Shown: piece by piece, positions 22,710 through 35,765 of the stretch | Layout of the letters: every line of letters starts with the position of its first letter | Numbering within the stretch: position 1 is the first letter of the stretch | NCBI RefSeq assembly: GCF_006345805.1 | Contig: NC_043016.1 | Coordinates: forward strand, 5,580,001-5,644,000 | DNA from: Octopus sinensis | Lineage: Eukaryota | Direction: 5' to 3' | DNA length: 64,000 bases | Program-made: the position numbers and the translations under genes | The notes under the pieces: model-generated | What the model was told of the DNA's origin: nothing | Databases searched by the model: none | Seen by the model: only the letters and a program-made list of their open reading frames with translations

Positions 22710-25668
22710 ATTTCTTTATTATGATAAATATCTTTTACAAAGAAGGACAATACAGGACGTTACAAACATATAGATGAGCTAAGTGAGTTTATAATTAAAA
22801 ATTGGATGAATCATATATATAAATTAAAAATTAACACAAATTTATTTTCACAATAACGGCTGGAAATCCAGTGACGACACCTTGCTTTTACCACGGGTGG
22901 AATTAAGTAGGAACAATCACTCCCAACTTCCTCACGACATCCTTCCATCTTTTCTCATATATACTTCGCGACAGGTGCCTCCTCTCCAGCCTTATCTTGC
23001 TTTTCAGGTGGTACCTGAAGTAGTATAGCAAACCAGGACTGCAGATGAAGGACCCTGTCTCGATTCCTTGCATTCTTGTTCTCCATGCACGCTCTTTCAT
23101 TACTGCGACTGTATACAGAAAACATGCCTTACCTTCTTTGATAGTCCGGTTGACGGTACAATCTTTATCACAGACTCAGGTGCGACAACACGTGTTCTAC
23201 TAATTATCAAGCCCGAAAGCTCCGGGCACTGTACAAGAACGTGCAGGACAGTTTCCTTGTCCTGCCCGCACTTGGGCAAGCCGGTGGCACAGGTATTCCG
23301 TGCCTGGACAATTTATCGCGGACAGGTAACGCATCCCTGTAACACTGCCAGGTCAGGGATTTTTGGTAATTATCTAAATACCCCGACCTGAAGGTGTTTT
23401 GAAACAGATTGGCTAGCTGGTTCTCATCGAACCCCAGAGCCTCTCCAAGGACGTCATCGCTCATATACTCTACCATCCCTTTAGAAAATACAGAGGTGGT
23501 ATTTCCGCTGCCGGCCTTGCCCGCTCTGTGGATTAGCGCGAGCGCTTTTCTGTACTCCTTTTGTCATTCAGTCATATTCTGTCTTTTTATCAAATCTGGC
23601 GTAAATTCCTCCAAGGAGGCTGGTCGTGGAAAGAATTCCCCTGCAAGCGAATTCCACACTTGGCCACCATCCAGGTAGAGCCAGAGATGCCTTAGCCTCA
23701 GTGCATGTCTGCACATCAATAGCCACGGCATTCCTAACCCACCCTTTAGCGGTTCTTGGCTGCATACAGTGCGCCTCACAAGCGGTTTTCTCTTCCACAA
23801 AAAGCGGAAGAGAAGTCGCACCAACTTGCATAGTCACGAATTAGGGTAAGGGACAACGGTCAGACGGTAGGTGATAACAGACGCAATAAACACCTGCACC
23901 ACCTCCACCCTCCCTTTCAGGGATAGCGCCCTTGCAGACCAGGCCCGGACTAGGGCCTCCAACCTGTCTGCCACCTCATTCCAACTCTCCGTCTGGGAGT
24001 CTGGACCAAACCAAACTCCAAGCAGCTTAACAGGACCATCCGTCCAGTACCCCCACGACATTGGACGTTATCGGCTTGCCTCTCTAGGTGCCGAGTCGCA
24101 AACCGATGGACTTGTCCTTGTTAACCTTTGCCACTTCCCCCGCCTCGTATCCTTTAATTGCATCCTCTACACAAGGTAACTGAGCTTCATTGGACACGAT
24201 GATGGTGACGTCATCCACATATGCAGAAACAGACTTACCACATCCGATTTCATTGGGGACGCCCCCCCCCCCCCCCAAACTCTCCAACCTCTGCAGCAAT
24301 GACTCAAAAGTCAGTACATACAGAAATGGAGACAGGGGGCACCCTAGACGAACCGAGCGCTTGATCTCAAACGGCTCCGACAGGTTACAGTTGATTTGGA
24401 CTGTGGATTTGATGCCGCCATAAATGACCTTGATCCAACCGCGAAAATCCGAGCCTAGCCCAGCCACTTGAAGGACTGCCGCCACGTACTGGTGGTCTAC
24501 CCTATCAAAAGCTTTACTTTGGTCTAAATGGACCAATGCCCCACCTACCGGATACTTTACCCGTGTCTAAGGTGTAGCGTAAGAGATGAAGATTGTCCTG
24601 GATTGACCTACCTAGGATGGCGCATGTCTGCGCCTTCCCTACAAGCATCTCCATGATACGTGTCAACCATTTTGCTAACACCTTGGCCAAAATCTTTAAC
24701 TCTACATTAAGTAGAGTTATGGGCCTAAAGTTACTGATATGACCCCCCCCTGCTGTGGTCTTTTCTGATCAGCGTCACCATTCCCCGACTCACAGAGCTG
24801 AGAATTCTCCCATTCTACTGCCAGTTCGTGTAGATGCAGGCCAGTATATCCTCGAGCAAGTCCGTTATACTACGATGAAATTCATAGGGCAGACCATCCA
24901 GCCTCGGCGACTTGTCCCCGGCGTTTTCAGCCAGTACCTCTTCGACCTCCGCAGCTGTAATCAGCCCTTCACAACATTCCGCCTCCCGCGCCGAGAGTCG
25001 TGGTCCGCCAGTGAGGAAGTCCCGTAGGAACTCCTCACGGTCTAGCGCCTCGCTCGACCCAAACAACCGGGCGAAATGTTGGTGAAAAGCCTTTTGCATC
25101 TCCTCCTGTCCTTTGATCGCACGCCCCTGTTCGTCAATCAAAGACTTTATAGAGGCTTCTCTGCCTCTCCGACTCTCCACACGACGGGCCCATCCGGCAA
25201 CGTTAATACCTTCTCTACCCACCGCACATAAATTAGCCCTGGCTCTACACTCTTCGTGTTTGGCATTGAGATGACGTATTAACATCGCTCTCGCCGCTAT
25301 TACTCTGAGCCAGATTCCATGTCCTCCTCTAATTCCTTAATTAGGTTTCCTTCTCTAGACTTAGTTGGTTACTAAATCTAAGAGACTCAGAACGAATGAC
25401 TCGCTTGAGGACGTACCACCCTCTATTATTAATGATGGCGCCGCACAATGCCCTCTGCATTAACTCCTTAACCCGGACACGGAAGACTTTACTAGTTAAA
25501 ATAGACTTGTTCATCTTCCAGTATCTTGGTCCCTGTCTATGACACTTAACTATGTACACCTCACACGTCACAAATTTGTGATCCGTGTAAGGGACACAAC
25601 AAAAGCGTGGATAACTAAACGTATTCCTATTTCTATCTGAAATAAGTATCCTATCTAAAATAAGATCT
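22710..25668 (-). mobile_element. Tx1-like LINE ORF2 plus 3'UTR (decayed)
   Basis: LDQSKAFDRVDHQY, GCPLSPFLY, SAYVDD, CYRDALPVRDKL. Ends AATAAAGAAAT at 22720-22710. Confidence 0.9.
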
Positions 25669-25870
25669 TACAGTTCTATATTTGAGATGAGGAATTATGT
25701 ACATTATTTACATCATTTACAATTGACGGATATTTATCCTCATCTTGTTTGTTGTTAACACCTTTATCAGGTGTCTTGGGGAAATTTCGAACCTGGGTTC
25801 TCATTCCTAAGGTATTTTTCTATGTTGTTGTTCTTGATTCCGAGTTTGATTCCAGGCAGTGACCTGAATA

Positions 25871-25936
<66 letters not shown>

Positions 25937-25950
25937 CAACAACAACAACA
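25669..25950 (-). repeat. Penelope-type short repeat lacking its hammerhead core, followed by (AAT)n
   Basis: Homologous to 44104-44280 but missing ~27 bp between TTAACAC and CTT(T/C)ATCAGG. Confidence 0.8.
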
Positions 25951-25959
25951 ATATCAATA

Positions 25960-27305
25960 ATAATAATATTTTCTAGAACACTATTTTCCTCATTGTACAT
26001 CACATTCCTTTCTTCTAGTGCATTTTTTGGGGGGGATTAGTGGCGGGTTTTGACTTGGGGTGGATTGGGGAGATTTTTCTGTATGTTTGCATTTTGTGTA
26101 GATGTCTTCTTTGTCAGGGGAGGGGAGTCTGGGACATGGATTTTTTCTTTTATGTGAAACCACTGGTAAATTCCATTTCCTCTTCAGCTTCCTTCTTTTG
26201 TGTGTTTTCTACGATTTGTATTTTCCTTTCTTCTCCTTTTCCTGAGACGCTTTCTGTGACGTTTTCCGTCGCTTTCTTGTTACTTTCTTTTTTGGGAAGG
26301 ACTCCAGCCTTTTTCTGTTGTTTTTTTACTTCTTCGCACTCCGAACGGACGTGCCCTTTTTCTCCACATTTAAAGCATCTGAGTCTATACCCTCGACAGA
26401 TACTCTAGCGCTTAGTCCCTCCCCCATCTATAAAAATGCGGTCTGGCCTTGATTCGAGTATTTCATTTGAGGCTTGAACCACCATCTCGAGTGTTTGGCC
26501 ATTTCAGTTTAGAGTCTCTCGCTTTTTCATTTGGAGTATAGTTATTTCTTCTTCTGCGTCGTAAATTACGGCTGCTGCCATCCACGTTACATCGTAACCA
26601 GCTGGTATCTCCTTTATTGTTATTTTTGCAGTTCTCCAGCCTAGGTAGATCGGGAGCAACATCATTTCATCATTTTTTAACGTTTGGGTCGATATTTCCT
26701 TTGCTATTTCAGCGTTCTCGAATTGCGCTTCAATCGTGGCGCTTCTTGGTCCTCGACCGACTTAGATAATTTTTCACCATATGGGGGCGAGGCACTTCTC
26801 TACCACCTTGTTCTTCACTAACATTATTCTTTTCTCTTTACGGTTGTATATTTTGTATACTACCGTTCTGGCAGTTAAATTTTGTATCATATCCTGTGTT
26901 GGCAGAAGTTTCGTTTCGTTTCCACTCTTCTTTATAATGTTTCGAAACTTAAATAAATTGTTCCTTAGATACTTCCAATTTACAGAAATTGCCACCAACA
27001 GCAGCCGAGAAACTTGGCTTTTCCTTTCCTTCCTGGTTACAGACTTTCATCGCCGGAAATCCTCCATTGAGAACTGAAAGTCGACATTCAACAACAAATT
27101 CAAATTCATTTTTACAAGTGGCCTCCGAATAACAGAAAAATCATAAATATTTTTGTCAAAATACAAAAAAATAAATTTTTTACTCTGCAACAGGTAAAAA
27201 AAAAATCACAAGAATCAGTCCAATAAGTTATGCAGAAAACAATTTTCTGCCCCGTACGGCGAAAATTTCGTCAAAACGACAACAGTTCAATTCCAACAAT
27301 TACTT
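25960..27305 (-). mobile_element. Tx1-like 5'UTR plus decayed ORF1 (probably the 5' part of 22710-25668)
   Basis: CFKCGEKGHVRSEC zinc knuckle (~26340-26385). ORF1 tail and 5'UTR motif shared with the 19820-22700 element. Confidence 0.8.
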
Positions 27306-27309
27306 GTGT

Positions 27310-28375
27310 GCTTTTGCATGTCCATGTGCTTAAGTCTCTGCCGCTCTGAATGACTCTATACTTGTAAGTCCTTTACTGGTAATTCTACTGGTAAATCTTC
27401 CCCGTTTCTCGCCGTGGGTTGGGTTTCCTCTTCTATTGTTTTGTGCTTCTTCAATTCCACTATCGTCAGTGACTTCCTTCTCTCTCTTTTTCTGGCTTGC
27501 ACCTCCGCAAAGTTTCCGCCATGTTCTGTTCTCTGTTTCTGCTGTTTTTCTACTATTATATTCTCCCGAATACTCACCCCTACAATTTCCACTGCTGTTT
27601 TAGCACCTTTCTTTCTCAGGTGCCCTCTTTCACCACATCCGTAACACTTTGGGGGTCTCCCCTCCAACATTATCTCAAGCTTTTCTTCATTTGATAGCTC
27701 TAAAATTTCAGGAATTTCGTCGTAATATTTCGCATTCACTGCACAGATTATCTCTAATCCGTAGCCCCAATATTTCACTTGTGCTCGGCTCATCATGTCA
27801 GTTCTCAGGTCTTAGCTTTTCTTCCTCAGCTCCGAATTAAATATTGTGGCTATTATCCACTCTGGATCTATCGACGGTGGGATTCTTCCCACCCTAATTC
27901 TAACAATTCTTTTGCCCAAACATTTTGGCGTCAACGTCCATTTTCCCCCTGTATCATCTTGTTGTCGGTTTTTTTTCGTGTCCTCTTCTGATACTACTAC
28001 TATCGACGCATATCTCTTTCCTCTTGTAAAGAACGTCCCGTTGTCTCCTATTTGTTCTTCCAAGATTTCTTCTATCTCTTCCTGCGGCGCGTGTTCAATT
28101 CTTCTATTTTCATCCGAAAATGTTCTGAATATAACCGTCTTCCTCACTTCCTCATCATTTTCCTTTTTCCTCCTCTGGCAGGGTTATTTTCACATTTGAC
28201 CCTTCCTTCTTTACCACACCATAATATTTGTTTATCAACTCCTCATTCTACTGCATCAACTCTGGCTTGAGCCTCCGAATAACTTCTCTTTTTTTCAATT
28301 ATTCACTACCACCCAACAATGGTAGCTTCGCTCAAAATTTCGGCTAGAGTCCCTCCAAAAACAACAAAAAAAGTG
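27310..28375 (-). mobile_element. Tx1-like ORF1 element (no ORF2 visible)
   Basis: GKRIVRIRVGRIPP...WIIATI, LEGRPPKCYGCGERGHL, C-terminal ELPVKDL. Confidence 0.78.
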
Positions 28376-28992
28376 GCTTGCTAGTTGTCGATGCTTATTC
28401 GCCTTTGAAAACATAGAATTTCAAGTGGAATAAATTCACTGATCTACAAAATTAAAAATATTGCAATTCTAAATCTCTCAGAGAGACTTATACAGTAGCA
28501 GCACGGTAAAGTGATGGTTTGTTGCCAAGTTAATGTGGCAGTCCCACGAAAGGGAAGAATGTTACTGCTATTTAACCCCAGGAAACAACGTTTCCAGTTA
28601 ACTATGTGACACAAGCGTTCTGTGTCCTTAAATTGGAAACAAACCATGCTGCTACTGTATAAGTCTCTCAGAAAGATTTAGAAATGCAATATTTCTAATT
28701 TTGTAGATCAGTGAATTTATTTCACTTGAAATTCTATAAGTTTTCAAAGGCAAATAAGCATCGACAGCTAACTAACCAAGCTATTCCAGACTGATGAAGA
28801 GCAATAACATTGGAACTAGTATCTGACTGCTGGTTTTGCTGTGTAAAGGTGCTTGTCTCCCCTGTTTGAAAACTTAAGGACGCAGAAAGCTTGTGTCACG
28901 TAGCCAACTGGAAACAATGTTTCCTGGGGCTAAATAGTAGTGGCATTTTCCCCTTTCTTTGGACTGCCACATTAAGTTGGCAACAAAAGCAT

Positions 28993-28999
<7 letters not shown>
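28376..28999. repeat. Nested inverted repeat of a ~357-bp non-coding unit with a hammerhead remnant
   Basis: 28376-28507 is the reverse complement of 28643-28782, and 28508-28642 is the reverse complement of 28862-28999. CAGA-CTGATGA-A-GAGCAAT...GAACTAGTA-TCTG at 28787-28825. Confidence 0.85.
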
Positions 29000-29034
<35 letters not shown>

Positions 29035-29035
29035 C

Positions 29036-30423
29036 TGTGGGGATGAGCCGGAAGAAGAGGGCCATGACGTCGCTCACATAGAGCTGCAAATATGCCGACT
29101 TCAAGTCGACGATCTTCACGGCCTTAGTCGATTGCCTTCTAACGTGCAGCCTCTCATAGCAGACGTCGTCGCCTCGCCATATGTGGCTCGATACATGGCC
29201 GTTCCATCTCCAGAAAGTCCAGTACCGGTCTAACTTTGCCCTTTGTTGGTGCACCACTGCCATTAGAGGTAGCGCTCTGCTCACCAACTCATCTTTCCAC
29301 GGGCTAAGGACTCCTTCCTTAATCCACTTCTCTACCTCTTCTGTGAGTGAATTTGGCTGCGCTCCATTGAAATCAGGACGGATTCGCCTACCGTGCTCGG
29401 GTGAGTAGGATCGGTGATCACCGACGAGAAGACGGTGCAAACCAAAAGGGTAGCAGAAATGCTAGTGAAGCGCCGCCTAGGGATTCTAGGGGAGTTCGGC
29501 CTGAAGCTGAATGTGGTCTTTGTGCTTTCAGAGAGAAACAAGGCAGACGCTCTAACCAGAGTAGAAAAGGCAGGGGACGTATCTCTCGATGGTCGATTGT
29601 GGGCTGGCCATTTGGAAGGAATTGAGGACAGGCATTGCGAACGAGATGGCGTGTATTCTAAACGAGGTATTCTTAGATCGGGGCCCTGTGCACGAATTGC
29701 TGATGGACAATAGCACAGTATTTCGTTCGGAAGCGCTGAAGGAGATGCTTGACAGGTGGAAAGTGCACCGCTTTTTCAGAGCGGCATACATGCCGAGTGG
29801 AAATGGGACCGTGCAGAGATATGATCGAGATAACCCGACTTCGTGGAGGTGGGAGATGAAGTCTGGGTCAAGCCACCAAAGGCTCAACTCAGTGGAACAG
29901 AGGAATAGTGACGGCTGTCAATTCCAAAAACAACATCTCTGTGGATGGAATGCCGCGTCATGTCTTGGATGTTCGTTGGATTGACGCTTCGTCGGATGAC
30001 GATCGTGGAGAAGAGGAAGAGAATCAGGTTCCCTGTTTAAGAAGATCACAACGTGCAAGGTGCCCACCCGGGTGGGTGATAGATTTCGACATGGAGTGAA
30101 TGGGGGGGGGTGATATTTGAGATCAGGGAGGGGCTGTGGGATGAGCTGGAAGAAGAGGGCCATGACGTCAATGGTCAAAGGACTGACCGGAAGCGGAAGC
30201 GCGAGAAGGGAAGTGCAGGGGTGGGGACAGGACAGGGTCGTCCACTTTTGGCCGGCTGAAGCATTGCAAACAGACGCGAGGGAATTCGCTCTCGGTTTGG
30301 TGAGATAGCAGCTGCTTATACTGGGTGACAGGTTAGGGCAGGATCGCCGGAGTGACTACTACTAGACGGGTGCAGACGAGAGAGGAAGGTTGGTGAACCG
30401 CTTTTCATTTCCCACGCACGACA
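29036..30423 (+). mobile_element. Rearranged Ty3/Gypsy remnant with inverted RT segment
   Basis: LTR start at 29036, full LTR 30135-30423 after PPT AGGGAGGGG. RT N-part on minus (VEKWIKEGVL...VDLKSAYLQL); RNaseH end (NKADALTR) and integrase (LLMDNSTVF...SGNGTVQR) on plus. Flanks AATAC/TATAC. Confidence 0.85.
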
Positions 30424-31429
30424 TATACGTAAATGTCAATTTCTGTTTGGCGATCTGTCTGTTACCATCTTGCTGCCTGTACCACTGAACCAATCTTGAC
30501 GAAACTGTGAATACATGTTAAACTAACATCCAGTTCAATTATAGGCTTATTTCAATTAAAATCTATAATGGGCCCCATAAAGGAATTGGGCTATTATTTG
30601 GTAAAATGAGAAGGGTATAAAGAGTGTTTGTGTGAGAGAAATGTGGTGGCATAGTGAGTGTGGCTAATATCAAGGAAGGGGGAACACTTTTGTGTAAGCG
30701 ACAAATATGGAGTGGCGGTGGGAGAGCAACGTTAATACTGCTGTCATAACCTTAAAAACACCGAGGAAGGGAAAGAAGGGTGGGTGTGAGGAATACGTAA
30801 CTTTAAGGTGAGAGGGAGTAGGTGGCTTTTCTGCTGTCCATAGTAAAGAAACACACATACATATTTACGTACATATGTCTACTATACACAATTTTAAACT
30901 AGTGTGTACGTTTGTAAATGTGTGTTTGTTTGTTTCTTTGTTGTGTGTGTGTGTGTGTGTGTGTGTGATCCTATAACTGTCTGTGTTTCTAGTTTTGTAG
31001 GGTTTCCCCTGTTGCTGTCACATATGAAATTTTAAAATTACATCAACATTTTCAAATTTGGTATATTGAAATAATTTTCCACGTTAAACAATATACTTGT
31101 TCCAGGAAAATTGCAGAAAAATGTTACTGATGTTTTGTTTGAATTTGATTTGTTTTGCTAAATAGAACAGGGCCCGTTGAAGAAAAGATATTGTATTGCT
31201 GTGAATGTAGGCGTTGTGAGCCTGAATGGTATGACACTTAACCCCGGCCTTGGATGAATTCAGAATCTTAAGGTATTTTGGGTAATGCAGGTGGTATATT
31301 CGGCATTGGGCAAATGAGGTAGCGCTCACGGCAGCGCTGGAGGGAATAAAAATTCAATGTTTTAAATCGGTCTTAATAATCAACATCAGTCATGTTATTT
31401 ATTTTTTTAGTGAATGCTCTCTGGAGTGA

Positions 31430-32700
31430 CTCAGCTCTCGTAATGCTTTGTTTGGTGTGAGGAAACTTCAGGTGGCAGCTCTATTCTAGAGAAGAAGGGG
31501 AATGATGCGAGCTAAATCAACTTTATTGCTGATGTGAACACTCCAACTGAAATTGTTGTTAACAATCACTCCCATATCTCTAATAGTGGATACTGTTAGT
31601 AGTTCCCTCGAAGGAAGAGAATATGCTTGTTTGAGCGCAGTCGTTCTTCTAAAGTGCACGAGTTCAAATTTTCCGTCATTTAACCGTTTTGTTTTTGTCC
31701 GCCCGTTGGATTACAGCATGTAGACCAGACTGGGTTCAGTTCGGCCTTCTCCATTGATAATTTTCTGGAGCTTGGAGTCATTTGCAGATATTTTTATTTC
31801 GCTGTTTGATGACGCTTATGTAGTAAAGAGAAGCGGGCGTAAAACAGTCCTCTGAGGGACACCACTGGGTTTGAGTGGAGACCACCGAACGAAAAACATG
31901 TTCTATTCACCATAAAATTCTTTATCCGATATAGCAGTTATCATTATTTCAATATTGACATTTTGACAAGAGAATATTGTGGTCAATTCTGTCGACCGCA
32001 AGTGAAGATGTATGACATCAAAGTCCGAGCGTAATCCCAAGGAACATCATCGATGAGCTGTGTCAGACAGTCCTTAACGCAGCGAGAGGCATGCTAGTTG
32101 GAATTTAGAAGGTTGTGGCTCTTCCAGAAGCTAGTTATCCTTGATCCCATCACTTTCTCAAACTTTTTGATGAAATAGTAGGTGATGAAATAGTTCGTTC
32201 AGATCCCTTGCATCAATATCAGTGGGATCATTAAAGACAAGCAGTACTTCCGCTATTTCTTTAGCGTGATAGTGGAGAATGTTACTATCAACAATCAGTG
32301 GACCAAGGTTGAGACAGCGGTACTATGTTTGTTCGCATATGAATAGAATACTTCTGTTTGATGTTTTTGATTACCTAGTTTTCCTTTGTAGCTCTTTAAT
32401 TGTCGATGTAGGTTTTCATGCTGATCTGCAGATGGGATCTTTGATGCTGCCGCTCCGTACTACAACCGGGCTCTGACTGCCAGCAGTTTCAAGGATAATA
32501 TAAGTTACATACCAGACCATAGCCATCCGCACCCAAGAGAAAGCGCCATCGGAAAGTACTGTGGTCCACACCGCCATTCTCTTTAGACCACTTTCCCCGT
32601 ACCAGTAGATTCAACAAAATATTTAATAGACATGCTCTGAGATTATCCATTAGCTGTGCACCTAGTGTAAAAAAGATTTAAGTAGGTAGGCTTAGACCCG
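31430..32700 (-). mobile_element. Decayed CR1/Jockey-group LINE
   Basis: SGVPQRTVLRPLLF, ISANDSK (YADD position), CLTQL and EIAEVL motifs, with many stops. Confidence 0.7.
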
Positions 32701-32814
32701 AGGCTGAAGCAGGATGCTCATGCAGGGGTAACACAATTTGTTCACTAAACGGCTACAGCAATACAGAAACAGTTGTTTACGAGACAGAAGTAGCAGCAAC
32801 AAGATCGAGCGTGG

Positions 32815-33110
32815 GGGAAATGGAAGGCCCTTTCAGAATCCACTTTAATAACCACAACTCCTCATTCAACATCCCAGAAAGACGTAACGCCACAACCATA
32901 GCCTAGAACGTCTGGACTTTGAAAGAAAGCACCAAGGAGTACAGCATAAAGTGGAAGATCCTAGAACAGCAGGAAGTGCAGATTATGCCTGGCTGAGAAG
33001 AAAGCGATTTTAAAAGGTACCCAACGCCCGGATGTTTACCTGAATAGTAGGAGTGAGGTGTCTAATCCTTGCACGCATGAAAGGAAGTACATTCTATCGT
33101 ACTTGTGCAC
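32815..33110 (+). mobile_element. Penelope-like GIY-YIG C-terminal fragment
   Basis: FNNHNSSF...VWTLKE...YSIKWKIL...LNSRSEVSNPCTHERK. Confidence 0.75.
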
Positions 33111-33788
33111 CCCATCATGACTGCAACCATTGGTTGGTTCCCTGCCTCCACCTTCGCAAACGACCTTCCACCAATGCCTTTGGGCCCGGCAAAAAGAGTT
33201 TGACTAATGCACCCATGTACACACACGCACACACCCCTATAAAGAAGATACCCCACAAAATAAACTGTCTCCCACCACCCCAACACATATCCCTTCACGT
33301 AAATTATACACAGAACTCCCACACATTACACACCGCACGCTAACATAACCCCGCCCCGGCTTTATCCTTTACAGAAAGAAAACAGACCAACGAACACCGC
33401 TATATATATACCTACACTCCCGAAAAACATTATACATATGACACCGCTACACATACCACATACTCCATCCCCACAGGAACACCACATTAATAATACACAC
33501 TTTCCCCAATTCAAGATAACGCTTGCCAGCTTTACAGCTTACCCAACCTTGGCCCCTTTTAGTTCCAGCACCTCTTTCACAGCAGCCACTGACCGGTGGT
33601 GCTAATCCACCTCCGACAATAGAGAGCAATCGTCATATTCCCTTCCCTATCGGCTAACTCTGAAGACCGTAAAATTATATAATCGGTTTCTTATCTAACA
33701 CTACATTGTATTCTTTACGCGAAGCCGATTGGTACGAGCAGCCGTGACGGATATCTAATACTATACATTTCGGATTATATATTTAACC

Positions 33789-33809
33789 TAGGGTTTTTTA
33801 TCCGGATCC

Positions 33810-33890
<81 letters not shown>

Positions 33891-33911
33891 GATCCGGACA
33901 AAACCCCCTAA
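33789..33911. repeat. Inverted ~24-bp repeats enclosing a (CA)n(TA)n microsatellite
   Basis: TAGGGTTTTTTATCCGGATCCCATA ... TATGGGATCCGGACAAAACCCCCTA. Confidence 0.85.
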
Positions 33912-34904
33912 GTTAAAGTGCGAAAGCGGACAAAACCCCTCGGTCATATTTTTGGTGTCCCACCTCCTTTTTAAATTTTTATCAGGTTACGACGTTTTTG
34001 TTTACGGAGTTTTCGATTCTGACAAAAAATCAGCATTGAAATCCCTTCCCTTCCAAACACATTTCCCCCACCACTGCTTTGCGAAAATAATTTTTGGATT
34101 CCAGGTAGAAAAACACGGACATTATGATTCTGAAAAATGTTTCTTACTAAAATTTAATTTAAAAGAAAAAAAAATTGATACCCCTCCTACCCCCTCACAT
34201 CCATACTAATATCTGCATGTTTTTAAACTCGTTCACACATTTGCGCATGTGTAGGTGATTTTCAGGCAATACATGCAGTCTATCTATCGATCTATCTAGA
34301 ATGTCTCTCCACATACTAGAAATAGTAGCCAAATTTCTTAAATTAAAAAAAAAATTATACGTAAACAAAAATCGCAATAGCGGTTGCGAAAAACTTGTTT
34401 TCCAAAATTCCAACTTTTAAACATACAAAAATATATTTAATTGAAAATAAATAAGTAGAATAAAATAACAACACAAGAGATTTTCCTACCAAATGTACAT
34501 ATTTCCTGAATTCTAACATAAAAAAGGGAAGCATTAACTTCAAATGTGTTTTACAAAAACATTCATCGTCACCACCACTACCACCACCACCGTCGTCACT
34601 ACCACCATCCTCACCACCACCGTCACCACCATCGTCACCACAAGCACCACCACCACCATCATCATTATCACTATCACCAGCTCCAAAACTGTGACTAGTA
34701 ATAAATTACAGACTCAACCTCTTTTATCATCATCATCGTCATGATCAAAACTGAATTTTAAAAATGCCGAGATCGGAAACTCCGTTGCCGAGAACGTCGA
34801 AATCTGTAAAAAATAGTAATAAGAAAAAAGTGGATGGATGCTTACTGTACACCTCCGTCAAAAATATAACCGAGCGGGGATTAAGCGGAGCAGGAGGACA
34901 CACG

Positions 34905-35130
34905 TGGACAGAAAGGGTCGCTGAAAAGGTCACAGATGTGTGACAAAAGATTTCCGGACAATGGATATAAAGATAAAATAAGAGCAGTAATAAACGAATG
35001 AAGAACGAATATGTAGTGCGTGTGTTTATTTGGCAAAAAAAAATGTAAAAAAGAAGACCATCCCGAAATATAACAAAATCTGTTTCGACATACGGTTTCG
35101 CATCAGGAGTCTTGCAACACAAATTCATAA
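34905..35130 (+). repeat. Family-A hammerhead repeat unit, core-inactivated
   Basis: GGTCG-CTGAAAA-G-GTCAC(AGATGT)GTGAC-AAAA-GATTTC-CGGAC at ~34916-34959, followed by TAGTGCGTGTGTTTATTTGGC as in the 12 kb and 56 kb copies. Confidence 0.7.
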
Positions 35131-35133
35131 ACC

Positions 35134-35198
<65 letters not shown>

Positions 35199-35544
35199 GA
35201 TACTATCCCTTTATGAGGCTATTATAACCTCTATTATATATATATACAATATACTGTTCCGTGATAGAAAGTTCAACAAAAAAAGTATTCCATCTGGTGA
35301 GAGATAAATATTATTTATTTAAAGGTCACAATACTTATATTAAAGCAATACTAATAGTTTCATATGCTGAGAAAACTCAAACATATTCTTCATACAACGA
35401 ACTGATATGTGGTTTGCGCCTGAAGAGTATGTTTGAGTTTTCTCAATGTATGAAACTATTAGTAACACTTAAATACATGAAAATTGTGTCCTTTAAATAA
35501 ATGCTCATCTACATCTAGATTTCATTCAGGTTCGAAACGTGCTT

Positions 35545-35765
<221 letters not shown>

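Noticed and set aside
33655-33695. CTGAAGA-CCG...CGG hammerhead-like start downstream of the PLE fragment
   Set aside because: GAAA and stem III are absent, so it is too degenerate to call.
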